Source: Mustelus asterias
Taxonomy: Eukaryota
Assembly (NCBI RefSeq): GCF_964213995.1
Contig: NC_135802.1
Coordinates: forward strand, 42,842,001 to 42,906,000
DNA length: 64,000 nucleotides
Direction: 5' to 3'
In this document: one piece after another, positions 1 through 11,732 of the stretch
Position numbering within the stretch: the stretch's first letter is position 1
Layout of the letters: each line of letters begins with the position of its first letter
Translations under genes and position numbers: made by a program
Notes under the pieces: generated by a model
Databases searched by the model: none
The model's input: only the letters and a program-made list of their open reading frames with translations
Told to the model about the DNA's origin: nothing

Positions 1-355
1 CATGTGATGTGGACTGGGCCAGCACTTATTGCCCATCCCCAATTGCCCAGTGGCTTGATTAAGAGTCAACCACATTGCTATGTCTGCAGTCACATGTAGG
101 CCAGGCCACATAAGGGTGTCAGGTTTTCTTCCCTAAAGGACATTAGTTTTTACGACAGGTTTTACAAACATTGACATGGTCATCATTGGACTTTTTATTA
201 CAGATTTTTATTGAACTACAATTTCACCATCTGCCATGGTGGGATTTGAACCCAGGTCCCCAGAGCTTTACCCTGGGTCTCTAGATTATTAGTCCAATGA
301 CAACACCACCACATCACTACCGCTAGTGAAAATACCACTATATCACTGCCTCCCT
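1..355 (-). mobile_element. tRNA-head SINE (family C, sharing both ends with the 7.8-10.8 kb LINE)
   Basis: Same sequence blocks as the copies at 28614-29010, 29383-29716 and 33832-34188 (ttattgcccatccc...agagtcaaccacattgct...gggatttgaaccc). Confidence 0.8.
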
Positions 356-1440
356 CACTTTAGCTAACTTTGCTTTCATGCACTCATAATTACTCTTATT
401 TAAGTTTAAAATACTAGCCTTGGATATGCTCTTCTCACCCTCAAACTGACTGGAAAATTCAATCATGTTATAATCGCTGCTACCTAGGGGTGCATTGTGA
501 GATTATTAATTAATCTTATCTCATTGCCCAATGGTCAAGTATAGTTTGTCCTCTGGTTGGCTCCAGAATATGCCGTTCTAAGAAACTATCCTGAAAGCAT
601 TCTATGAATTCTTCATCCATGCTACCTTTGCCCATCTTGATTTTTCCAGAAATCCAGATGTAGATCAAAATCCCCCATGATTATGAGGAGAAATCAGGAA
701 AATGAGGATGAGGAGCATATCAGCCATGATCACATGGTGGAGCAGACTCGATAGGCTGAATGGCCTAATTGGGGATTTTCACAGTAACTTCATTTCAGTG
801 TGAATGGAAGCCTACTTGTGACTCATAAATAAACTTTTTCTGCTCCTATATCTTATGAACTATTATCACAGTATCTTTTTGCCAAGCTCCCATTATCTCC
901 TCTATACTCTGATCTACCGTGTAGTTACAATTAAGGGGCCTGTACACGACTCCCACAAGTGACTTCTTGCCTTATCATTTCTCATCTCAATCCAAAATGC
1001 TTCTACATCCTGGTTTCCTGAACTTAGGTCATCCCCCCTCTCTAATGTGCTCATACCATTATTAATTAACAGAACCACCCCTTCAACTATTCCTAACTTC
1101 ATGTCCTTCATAAATGTCACCTACCCATCAATATTCCACTCCAAATCTTCGTCATCCTGTGGTCATGTAATGGCTTTCAGATCATATTTACTTATTTCTA
1201 TTTATGCCTTCACTCCTCTGCTTTGCTTTGAATGCTACACACGTTTAGATACAGAATTTTTAAATTTTTAATGTCTTTTTTATTATTTGTGTAGCATCCA
1301 GCCTTATCTGCTGCTTTACTCTTAGATTTGTACTCTTTATCCCTTTCTGTCAGTCTGTTTCAGAATTTCCCATATTAGTACCTTTCTCTCTCACCTTATT
1401 CCTATTCTTCAGTTTATCACATCTTCCCAAATTTGATCCC
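356..1440 (-). mobile_element. Old, decayed CR1 LINE fragment (endonuclease region)
   Basis: Minus frame DVEAFWIEMRNDK resembles the CR1 APE endonuclease motif (ESLWVE.RN.K); many stops and frameshifts. Confidence 0.6.
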
Positions 1441-1488
1441 TTGCCCCGAGTATTCAATTTAAACTCTCTCCACTTCTCTGGTTATGTA

Positions 1489-2554
1489 AAGCAAAGAGTG
1501 GGGGTAAATGGGTGTTTTTCTGGTTGGCGATCAGTGACTAGTGGTGTGCCTCAGGGATCAGTGTTGGGACCTCAATTGTTTACGATTTACATACATGATT
1601 TGGAGTGGGAACCAAGTGTAGTGTGTCAAAATTCGCAGATGACACTAAGATGAGAGCAAAATGTGTAAAGGACACTGAAAGTCTGCAAAGGGATATAGAT
1701 GGTCTAAGTGAGCGGGCGAGGGTCTGGCAGATGGAGTACCATGTTGGTAGATGTGAATTCATCCATTTTGGTAGGAATAACAGCAAAATGGACTGTTATT
1801 TAAATGGTAAAAAATTGCAGCATGCTGCTGTGCAGAGGGACCTGGGTGTCCTTGTGCAAGAATCACAAGGAGTTGGTTTGCAGGTGCAGCAGGTAATTAA
1901 GAAGGCAAATGGAATTTTGTCCTTCATTGCCAGAGAGATGGAGTTTAAAAACAGCGAGGTTATGTTGCAGCTGTGTAAGGTGCGAGTGAGGACACACCTG
2001 GAGTACTGTGTACAGTTTTGGTCTCCTTACTTGAGAAAGGATATACTGGCACTGGAGCGGGTGCAGAGGAGATTCACTAGGTTGATTCTGGAGTTGAGAG
2101 GGTTGGTTTATGAGGAGAGACTGAGTAGACTGGGGCTATACTCATTGGAATTCAGAAGAATGAGGGGAGATCTTATAGAAACATACAAGATTATGAAGGG
2201 AATGGATAAGATAGAAGCAGGGAAGTTGTTTCCACTGGCGGGTGAAACTAGAACTAGGGGGCATGGCCTCAAAATAAGGGGAAGCAGATTTAGGATTGAG
2301 TTGAGGAGGAACTTCTTCACACAAAGGGTTGAGAATCTGTGGAATTCCCTGCCCAGTGAAGCAGTTGAGGCTACCTTATTGAATGTTTTTAGGGCAAGGA
2401 TAGATAAATTTTTGAACAGTAAAGGAATTAAGGGTTATGGTGAGTGGGCAGGTAAGTGGAGCTGAGTCCACGAAAAGATCAGCCATGATCTTATTGAATG
2501 GCGGAGCAGGCTCGAGAGGCCAGATAGCCTACTCCTCCTCCTAGTTCTTATGTG
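1489..2554 (+). mobile_element. 5'-truncated CR1 LINE (RT C-terminal part plus 3' UTR)
   Basis: [44 protein letters not shown]; ends in an ...agttcttatgt tail. Confidence 0.95.
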
Positions 2555-2959
2555 GCTTGCTAGAACAGCAGCGCCAGCATGGTTCAGGTGTAGATCCCAA
2601 TTTTCCCAATGCTGGCGCCAGTGCCCCATGAACCAGAACCCAATTCTCCCACACCAGTCTCTGAGTAATGCATTTATTTCTCTAATCTTATTTGTTCAAT
2701 GCCAATTTGCAAGTGCTCAGGTAATAATCCAGAGATTATTACCTTTGATGTTCTGCTAAATTGCAGCCTGACACTGAGTGACTGCAGGAATCATGAGTAC
2801 TATTCTATTGACAGTCTTTCTTCCTCAGAGCTCTGCAACTTTGTGTGCCCTACATGGTATCACTTTGCTGAGAGACCAGTGGCCAGGAAGGAGGCTATGT
2901 CTCTCGTCTTCCCCTTCTCCAAGGAGTTGAGTAGCTGACAGTTCTTGACTTTCTAGAAA

Positions 2960-4650
2960 GACAAATGCATGAGGGTAGGCGTGAAGGAAGTGGAAGCTGG
3001 AGGAAAACAGATGATCCACAGTCACCCTACAGTTTCCATTTCATTTGGGATGTGAGGAGTGAGTGAAGAGGCAGCAGTTTAGCAGCATTGGATTGGCAAT
3101 GTTGTGTGCCACTGGTTCTGTGGCACTGGTTCCATGGCACTCGTTAAATGATACTAGTGCCCATGATCCTATGGATCCAGTGCTCAAGCGATCATCCTCT
3201 GCTGGACATCTTCCTCTCCCTCTTGTTGTGGGTGATCTTCTCCTTCAAGACAGGGTGGAACGTTAGTGACTGTGGCGGTCATTTAATGGAGGTGATTCGG
3301 GGCGGGGGGGTCTGCCTGCCATCTTGAGGGCTGGTGAGAATTGTTTGTGGGCCTTCCCCGGGAACAAAGACCCCAGGGGCAGACGTCCCACTGCCAAGAG
3401 CTGCTGGCCAGTCAGAGGTAGGCAGCTTTGCATTGCTCAGTAGTGCCAGCGAGGGAGACAGTGGCTGCTGCCCGTATTGTACTCACACAAGGCCCAGGAG
3501 CAATGGGGGACCCAGGCACAAGTGGGGTGGGGACCAGCAACAAGGGCAGGGGATGGCTCTTGTGATGATCCCCTGCCTGATGCCAGGTCTCTAGATCAGG
3601 CACTGAGTAAGTTCCTTTGAATGACAGACTCCTGCCCCCTCCAACCAACACCTACACCACTGCCCAATAGCATGCATGCAACACCAAGAGGATTTATGTT
3701 TTGGACTTCCTGCATGGTGAATTCCTGCCACCAACAGCACAATGAGGGCTCAATTGGTAGCAGGACAGGAAGGCCATCTATGGACCTTACCATCATTGAC
3801 TTAATCAGTGCCAGGGTGGGAAGGTGGCATGGTTCCCACCCCCCACCCAATTGTATAGATTCGTCCAAACTCATCACGTGGCAGGGCATTACATTTCACC
3901 CTGTATTGTGCTTCAGTAGGAGGCATACCATATTTGAACAGCTGGAAGTATGTGGAGGTAGTTGTGAGGGTGGCAGCACTGGTAGGTGTGTGAGAGTGTG
4001 GTGTGGAGTGAGGATGTTCAGGATGATTCCAGAGTGTCAGGCTGAGGAATGAAGATGTGGTGAATTGTTCAGTGTGAGAGATGAGCAGTATGGCGAGTAA
4101 GAAACGTGATGTGCAAATCTATCCATTCACCTCAGCGAAGTCATTCAGCCCTTTCCAACACGGCTGCCAGTTTTGTGGAGCCAGTCTGGAGGCATTGACC
4201 ATCATGACCACCTGCCTCAATGCCTTCAGAGGGTTAGTCAAAGGTTTTCTGCACCCCCACCCCCCCTCCCCACCCCCCTCGCGGCTAGAGACATAGCCTC
4301 CTTCCTGGCCACTGGTCTCTCAGCAAAGTGATACCATGTAGGGCACACAAAGTTGCAGAGCCTCTGCTTCACCTGGTGTGCCAGCACCTCTCCCTGTATG
4401 GCAACAAGTGATTATGCAGCAGTCATCAGTGGTATTGCTGCAACTCCCCATTACAGAGGCTACCAGCAGGATTTTCCGGCTTCATTTGCCCCAAGGCCAG
4501 AAGGACAATTGGCAGTCTCTCCAAGCTGCAGGGTGAAGAGGAGCCCACCCAGTATGAAAAGGCCTGCAGCCTGCTGTTGTACGTAATGGAGACAGAGGCA
4601 CTTCCATCTTGAAGCATTTCAGAGTCATCCTGGAGAACTGGGCTTCCCGT
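2960..4650 (-). mobile_element. Decayed PIF/Harbinger-type DNA transposon remnant (Myb/SANT-like ORF relic)
   Basis: Minus frame at about 4130-4230 reads MVNASRLAPQNWQPCWKGLNDF, similar to the VNA...W.QC.KK.NDL motif of Harbinger-associated Myb/SANT proteins. Boundaries are approximate. Confidence 0.45.
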
Positions 4651-4656
4651 CTGGCA

Positions 4657-6021
4657 CTAAGGCCGGTGAGCTTTACGTCCGTGGTGGGGAAGTTGTTGGA
4701 GAAGATTCTTAGAGATAGGATATATGCGCATTTAGAACTGAATAATCTCATTAGCGATAGACAGCATGGTTTTGTACGAGGGAGGTCATGCCTCACAAAT
4801 TTGGTTGAGTTTTTTGAGGAGGTGACAAAAACGATTGACGAGGGAAGGGCCGTGGATGTCGTCTATATGGATTTTAGTGAAGCGTTTGACAAGGTCCCTC
4901 ATGGCAGGCTGGTGCAAAAGGTTAAATCTCATGGGATAAAAGGTGAGCTAGCTAGATGGGTGGAGAACTGGCTTAGCCATGGAAGACAGAGGGTAGCAGT
5001 GGAGGGGTCTTTTTCCGGTTGGAGGTCTGTGACTAGTGGTGTTCCGCAGGGCTCTGTACTGGGACCTCTGCTGTTTGTGATATATATAAATGATTTGGAG
5101 GAAGATGTAACTGGTGTGATCAGTAAGTTTGCGGACGACACGAAGATTGCTGGAGTTGCGGATAGTGATGAACATTGTCAGAGAATACAGCAGGATATAG
5201 ATAGGCTGGAACATTGGGAGGAGAAATGGCAGATGGAATTTAATCCAGATAAATGCAAAGTGATGCATTTCGGTAGATCTAATGTAAGGGGGAGCTATAC
5301 AATAAATGGCAGAACCATCAGGAGTATAGACACACAGAGGGACCTGGGTGTGCAAGTCCACAGATCCTTAAAGGTGGCAGCACAGGTGGAGAGGGTGGTG
5401 AAGAAGGCATATGGCATGCTTACCTTTATTGGACGGGGCATAGAATATAAAAGTTGGCATATGATGTTGCAGCTGTATAGAACGATGGTAAGGCCACATT
5501 TGGAATACTGCGTCCAATTCTGGTCGCCACACTACCAGAAGGACGTGGAGGCTTTGGAGAGAGTACAGAGAAGGTTTAACAGGATGTTGCCTGGTATGGA
5601 GGTCTTAGCTCTGAGGAGAGATTGGGTAAACTGGGGTTGTTCTCCCTGGAAAGATGGAGGATGAGGGGCGACCTAATAGAGGTGTATAAAATTATGAAGG
5701 GCATAGATAGGGTGAACAGTGGGAAGCTTTTTCCCAGGTCGGAGGCGACGAACACAAGGGGTCACGGGTTCAAGGTGAGAGGGGCAAGGTTCAACACAGA
5801 TGTCAGGGGGACGTATTTTACACAGCGGGTGGTGGGGGCCTGGAATGCACTGCCAAGCAAGGTGATTGAGGCGGATACGCTGGGATCGTTTAAGACTTAT
5901 CTAGATAGCCACATGAACAGATTGGGAATAGAGGGATACAAAAGAATGGTCTAGTGGGCACATGAGTGGCGCAGGCTTGGAGGGCTGAAGGGCTGTTCCT
6001 GTGCTGTATTGTTCTTTGTTT
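4657..6021 (+). mobile_element. 5'-truncated CR1 LINE (RT domain, one frameshift)
   Basis: [45 protein letters not shown]; (ttcttg)-type tail; possible TSD gcactaag/gctctaag. Confidence 0.95.
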
Positions 6022-6082
6022 GCTCTAAGAGGCCACCTCCAGGCAGCTGCAGTGCACCCAGCACCTTGGAGGGCCTGCAGAC

Positions 6083-6879
6083 TGTAATGACTTCAATCAG
6101 GCCATTGAGATTGGCCCATTAGAGTATAAACTCCCTGATTGATGATCCAATTGATGGGCCAATCAGGGAGTCTTTGCCTTGTATTTAACCAGGAGTATCA
6201 AGAACAAAATAGAACATCGAAAATTACAGCACAGGAACAGGCCCTGCAGCCCTCCAAGCCTGCACCAACCATGCTGCCCGACTTAACTAAAACCCCCTAC
6301 TCTTCCGGGGACCATATCCCTCTATTCCCATCCTATTCATGTATTTGTCGAGACGCCCCTTAAAAGTCACTATCATATCTGCTTCCTCTACCTCCCCCGG
6401 CAACGAGTTCCAGGCACTCACCACCCTCTGTGTAAAAAGATTGCCTCGTACATCTCCTTTAAACCTTGCCCCTCGCACCTTAAACCTGTGCCCCCTAGTA
6501 ATTGACTCTTCCACCCTGGGAAAAAGCTTCTGACTATCCACTCTGTCCATGCCTCTCATAATCTTGTAGACTTCTATCAGGTCGCCCCTCAACCTCCGTT
6601 GTTCCAGTAAGAACAAACCAAGTTTCTCCAACCTCTCCTCATAGCTAATGCCCTCCATACCAGGCAACATCCTGGCAAATCTTTTCTGTACCCTCCCCAA
6701 AGCCTCCACATCCTTCTGGTAGTGTGGCGACCAGAATTGAACATGATATTCCAAGTGCAGCCTAACTTCTGACACCCCTGGAGGTAGACTGCTGACTGCT
6801 AGCACTCTGTATACTGCTGTTAGCGTTGTGAATAAAGGGATGTTGGTGAAGGAACTTCTGCCTCCGCAGACCTATTACA
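6083..6879 (+). mobile_element. Short solo LTR interrupted by a CR1 insertion
   Basis: TGTAAT...ATTACA termini, 5-bp TSD cagac/caaac and internal AATAAA. Homologous in reverse orientation to 60191-60424. Confidence 0.75.
6199..6768 (-). mobile_element. CR1 LINE 3' fragment
   Basis: HLEYHVQFWSP...RRLRGDLIE...FTQRVV plus 3' UTR on the minus strand. Confidence 0.93.
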
Positions 6880-7365
6880 CAAACCACCAGGAAAATTCTA
6901 GTCAGCCCCTGACCAATGACCTTTCATTAACTTAACATGTTACCCAGCATTTGCAGGTGGCAAATGGTGCACAGTGCGGAGCACACAATTACACATCAAC
7001 CTCAAATTGCTGTCCCATCAGCCTGTGAAAACCCTGCTCATGGAGCACAGGCTACACTCAAAATGAGGTGAGTGGACAAACTGTGTCCTGTGATTTCCAA
7101 AGAATGCCAAAAATCAGGGCAAATGAATTTCATACTGCTGATGTCTGATTATATTTTTAGATAGTTTTGAATTATTGAAGCATTTTACTTCCAAATTGGC
7201 AAATTCTTTCAGAGTCTTGAAAAAATTTTGAAGAAATTTTCTTTTAAATTGTCTGAACAAATTGTCATCAACTGTAATCTACTCAAAAGTTAATTCAGTT
7301 CACGGAATCATAGAAATTTATAGCGCAGAAGCCATTCAGCCCATCATGCTTTGAAAGAGCAAAGT

Positions 7366-7655
7366 TCGTTTTAAGTTTAAAGTTTATTTATTAGTCACAA
7401 GTAGGCTTACCTTAACACTGCAATGAAGTCACTGTGAAAATCCCCTAGTCGCCACACTCTGGCGCCTGTTTGGGTACACTGAGGGAGAATTTAGCATGGC
7501 CAATGCACCTCACCAGCAGATCTTTCAGACTGTGGGAGGAAAGTGGAGCATTCGGAGGAAACCCACGCAGACACAGGAGAACATGCAGACTTCACACAGA
7601 CAGTGACCTAAGCAGGAAATCGAACCCGGGTCCCCGGTGTCACTGTGCCACAATC
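7366..7655 (-). mobile_element. V-SINE, HE1-like head/core with alternative (type B) tail
   Basis: V-domain core plus ...gcctacttgtgactaataaataaactttaaac tail on the minus strand. Confidence 0.8.
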
Positions 7656-7827
7656 ATGCATAGTCTCATATCCCTGATTTTCTGTTCATAATCCTATAAT
7701 TTCCTTATCCTCAAGTACTTGCCAATTCCCTTTTTAAATTATTTAAGGAATCAGCTACCACTTTTTAAGGAGAGCATTCCAGATCCTGACAACTCCGAGT
7801 GAAAATCTTTTCCAAATGTCCCACTGT

Positions 7828-10790
7828 CTTTTATTTTATTCACTCAAGGAACGTGGGTTTCACTGGGTAAGCCAACATTTATTGCCCATCCCTAATTGCC
7901 CTTGAGAAGGTGGTGGTTGAGCTGCCTTCTTGAACCAATGCAGTCTATATGGTGTAGGTACATCCATGGTGCTGTTAGGGAGGGAGTTCCAGTATTTGAC
8001 CCAGTGACAATGAAGGAATGGTGATATATTTCCAAGTCAGGATGGTGAGCGACTTAGAGGGGAACTCGCAGGTGGTGGTGTTCATATGTATCTGTTGCCT
8101 TTGTCTTTCTAGCTTGCAGATTTTGCGGGTTTAGTAGGTGCTTTCAAAGAGGTCTTGCTGAGTTGTGCAGTGCCTCTTGTAGATGGCACACATTGCTGCC
8201 ACTCTGTGTTGGAGGTGGAGGGAGTGAATGTTTGTGGATGGAGTGCCATTAAATGGGCTGCTTTACCCTGGATGGAGTCAAGCTTCTTTGAGTGTTGTTG
8301 GAACTGCACTCATCCGGTCAAGTAGAGAGTATTTTATTACACTTTCGACTTGTGCCTTGTAGATAGTGAACAGGTTTTGGGGAGTCAGGAGGTGAGTTAC
8401 TCACTGCAGGATTCCTAGCCTCTGACCTGTTCTTGTAGCCAGGGTATTTATATGGTAGTCCAGTTCAGTTTCTATTCAATGGTAACCACTAGGATGTTGA
8501 TGTGAGGGGATTCAGCGATAGTAATGCCATTCAATTTCAAGAGCGATGGTTAGATTCTCTCTTGTTGAAGATGGTTATTGCCTGGCACTTGTGTGGCATG
8601 AAAGTTACTTGCCACTTGTCAGCCCAAACCTGGACATTGTCTAGGTTTTGCTGCATTTGGACATGAATGACTTCCATTTCTGAGAGTCACGGATGGTGCA
8701 GAACAACCATCAGCAAACATCTTCATTTCTGACCTTATGACGGAGGGAAGGTCATTGATGAAACAGCTGAAGATGGTTGGGCCTAGGATACGAACCTGAG
8801 GGACTCCTGCAGAGATGTCCTGGAACTGAGGTAACTGACCTCCAACCACCACAATCGTCTTCCTTTGTGCTAGGTATGGCTCCACCAGCGGAGAGCTTTC
8901 CCTGATTCCCATTGATTCCAGTTTTGCTCGGGCTCCTTAATGCCACACACAGTCAAATGTGGCCTTGATGCTCTGGAATGCTCATCTCTGGAATTCAGTT
9001 CCTTTGTCCATGTTTGAACCAAGGCTGTAATGAGATCAGGAGCCGAGTGACCCTGGCAAAGCCCATAGTGGGCGTCGCTGAGCAGGTTATTGCTGAGCAG
9101 GTGCTGCTTGATAGCGCTGTTGATGACCCCTTCCATCACTTTATCGGTGATCGAGAGTAAACTGGTGGAGCGGTAATTGGTCGGGTCGGACTTATCCTGC
9201 TTTTTGTGTACAGGACATAGCTGGGCAACTTTCCACATTGCTGGGTAGATGCTAGTGTTTTAGCTGCACTGGAACAGCTTGGCTAGGAGTGCAGCATGAT
9301 CTGGAGCACACAGCTTCAGTATTGTTGCTGGAATATTGTCAGGGTCATAGCCTTTGCAGTATCCAGTACGTTCAACCATTTCTTGATATCGTGTGGAGTG
9401 AATCAAATTGGCTGAAGACTTGGAATCTGGGACCTCTGGAGGAGGCTGAGATAAATCATCCACCTGGCACCTCTGGCTGAAGATTGTTGCAAATGCTTCA
9501 GCCTTTTATTTGCACTGATGTGCTGGGCTCCCCCATCATTGAGAATGGGGATATTGGTGGAGCCTCTTCCACAATAGTCCATCACCATTCATGGCGGGGT
9601 GTATAGGACTGCAGAGCTTAGATCTGATCTGTTGGTTGTGAAATTGCTTATCTTTGTCTATCACTTGCTGCTTAATGTTGTTTGGCATGCAAGTAGTCAT
9701 GTGTTGTAGCTTCACCAGGTTGGCACCTCATTTCTAGATATGTCTGGTGCTACTCCTGCACTCTTCATTGAGCCAGGATTGATTCCCTGACTTGGTGGTA
9801 ATAGTAGAGTGAAGGATATGCCAGGCCACGAGGTTACACATTATGGTTGAGTGCAATTCTACCGCTGCTGATGGTCCTCATCACCTCATGGATGCCTGGT
9901 CTGGATCTGTTCAAAATCTATCCCATTTAGCATGGTGATAGTGCCACACAACATGATGCAGGGTATTCTCAATCTGAAGATAGGACTTCACCTTCACAAG
10001 GACTGTGGGGTGGTCACTGATACTGTCCTGGACAGATACACCTGTGGCAGGCAGGTTGGTGAGGATGAGGTCAAGTTTGTTTTCCCTCACCACCTGCTGC
10101 AGTTCAATCTAGCAGCTATGTCCTTTAGGACTCATCAAGGTCTGGCAGTATTGGTGCGACCAAACCACTCTTAGTAATGCACATTTAAGTACATTTTGTG
10201 CCTTTGCCACCCTCAGTGTTTCTCCCAAGTGGCCTCTGACATGGAAGAGTACTGGTTCATCAACTAACCAGTACGTGGCAATCAGCAGGAGGTTCATTGC
10301 CCATCTTTGATCTGAGACTTCATGGACTCAATGCTGAGGACTCCCTGGGCAACTTCCCCCTGGCCGTATACCACTGCTGAGTCTGTCCCACCAGTGGGAC
10401 AGGACATGTCCAGGGATGGCGATAGTGGTGTCTGGGACATAGTCATACTATAGACAATGCTTGACTACTCTGTGATACAGTTTTCCCAATTTTGGCACTA
10501 GCCCCCAGATGTTAGTAAGGAGGGCTTTGCAGGGCTGACAGGCCTGAATTTGCCATTGCCATTTCTGATGCCTGGGTTGATGCCAGGTGGTCCAAGTTTT
10601 TAGCAGTTTGATGTAACTGAGTGGCTTGTTCTGCCACTTCATCAGACATTTAAGAGTCAACCACATTGCTGTGGGTCTGGAGTCAAATTATAACCAATGG
10701 TGGGATTCAAACCCAACTCCCCAGAGCATTACCCTTGGTCTCTGGAATACTGGCACACCGACAATACCACTACAGCACTGCCTCCTGCCT
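7828..10790 (-). mobile_element. Near full-length decayed CR1/L2-group LINE with tRNA-like 5' head
   Basis: Minus-strand peptides NIWGLVPKLG, ENKLDLILTNLP...SDH (APE endonuclease), WKVAQLCPVHKKQDKSDPTNYR and AGVPQVRILGP...FAD (RT). 3' tail at 7828-7920; tRNA-like head at about 10690-10786. Confidence 0.8.
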
Positions 10791-11732
10791 ATTGATTTTG
10801 AATCAATGATCTCCAATTATTAAGCTACTTGTCAGAGGGATCAATTTTTCTCTATCCACTCTGATCAGAACTTCATCATTTTGATATTCTTTATTGTGTC
10901 ACCTTGTAACAATCTCTGCCCCAAGGAAAACGGTCCTAACTTGTCCAACCTTTCCTTATAAAACCCTGATTCCTGGTGTGAAGGTCTAAGACCTCATATT
11001 GTATATTTTCATAAAATATATATAGATATCCTCGTGGCTATTTCTAAAATGTTAAAACTGAACAAAGGCCTTTAAAATGCTGAACCTATGTCCGTCTGTG
11101 ACTCCCAAACAAAAGACGCTACTTGGCAGCTTTGGGAAAACCCGCAAGTTGTTATCTGGGAGGAGCCACCAATGACCACCTATGGACAGTCCAATTTCAG
11201 AGAGAGCTATACAAAGGCCATTGGCATTGAATAATCCAGGCTGACCAGAAGGAGACTGATGGTCTGCTAAGACAAAGGCCCTGAAACCTTACCTTCAAGG
11301 GTCATTTAGACTCGAAAGATTAACTCCGTTCCTCTCCACAGATGTTGCCAGACCTGCTGAGTATATCCAGCATCTTCAGTTTTTATTTCTCTATTACGAA
11401 CCTGTTTATAGCTTCCTTCTCCAGTTTTTGGTATAATCTGCACATCTCCTGCTTCCTTTATGAAGACAGATGTAAAATATTCATTTAAAACATCAGTTAT
11501 GTCCTCCTCCTCTACATGAAAGTTTCTTTTTGGATCTTTAATAAGTTCAACTCTTCACTCGTAACTAACCCAGTTACCCTTTATATGTTTAGAAAATGTT
11601 TAGGGGTTAAGTTGCTGCCTGCGTGCTAGTTTTTTCTTGTAACATCTCTTCCGTTTCCGACATTAACATTGAATTTCCTCCTTCACTTTCCATAGTTCTC
11701 CTGGTTATTAACTGAATCTTGCCCCTGACATT

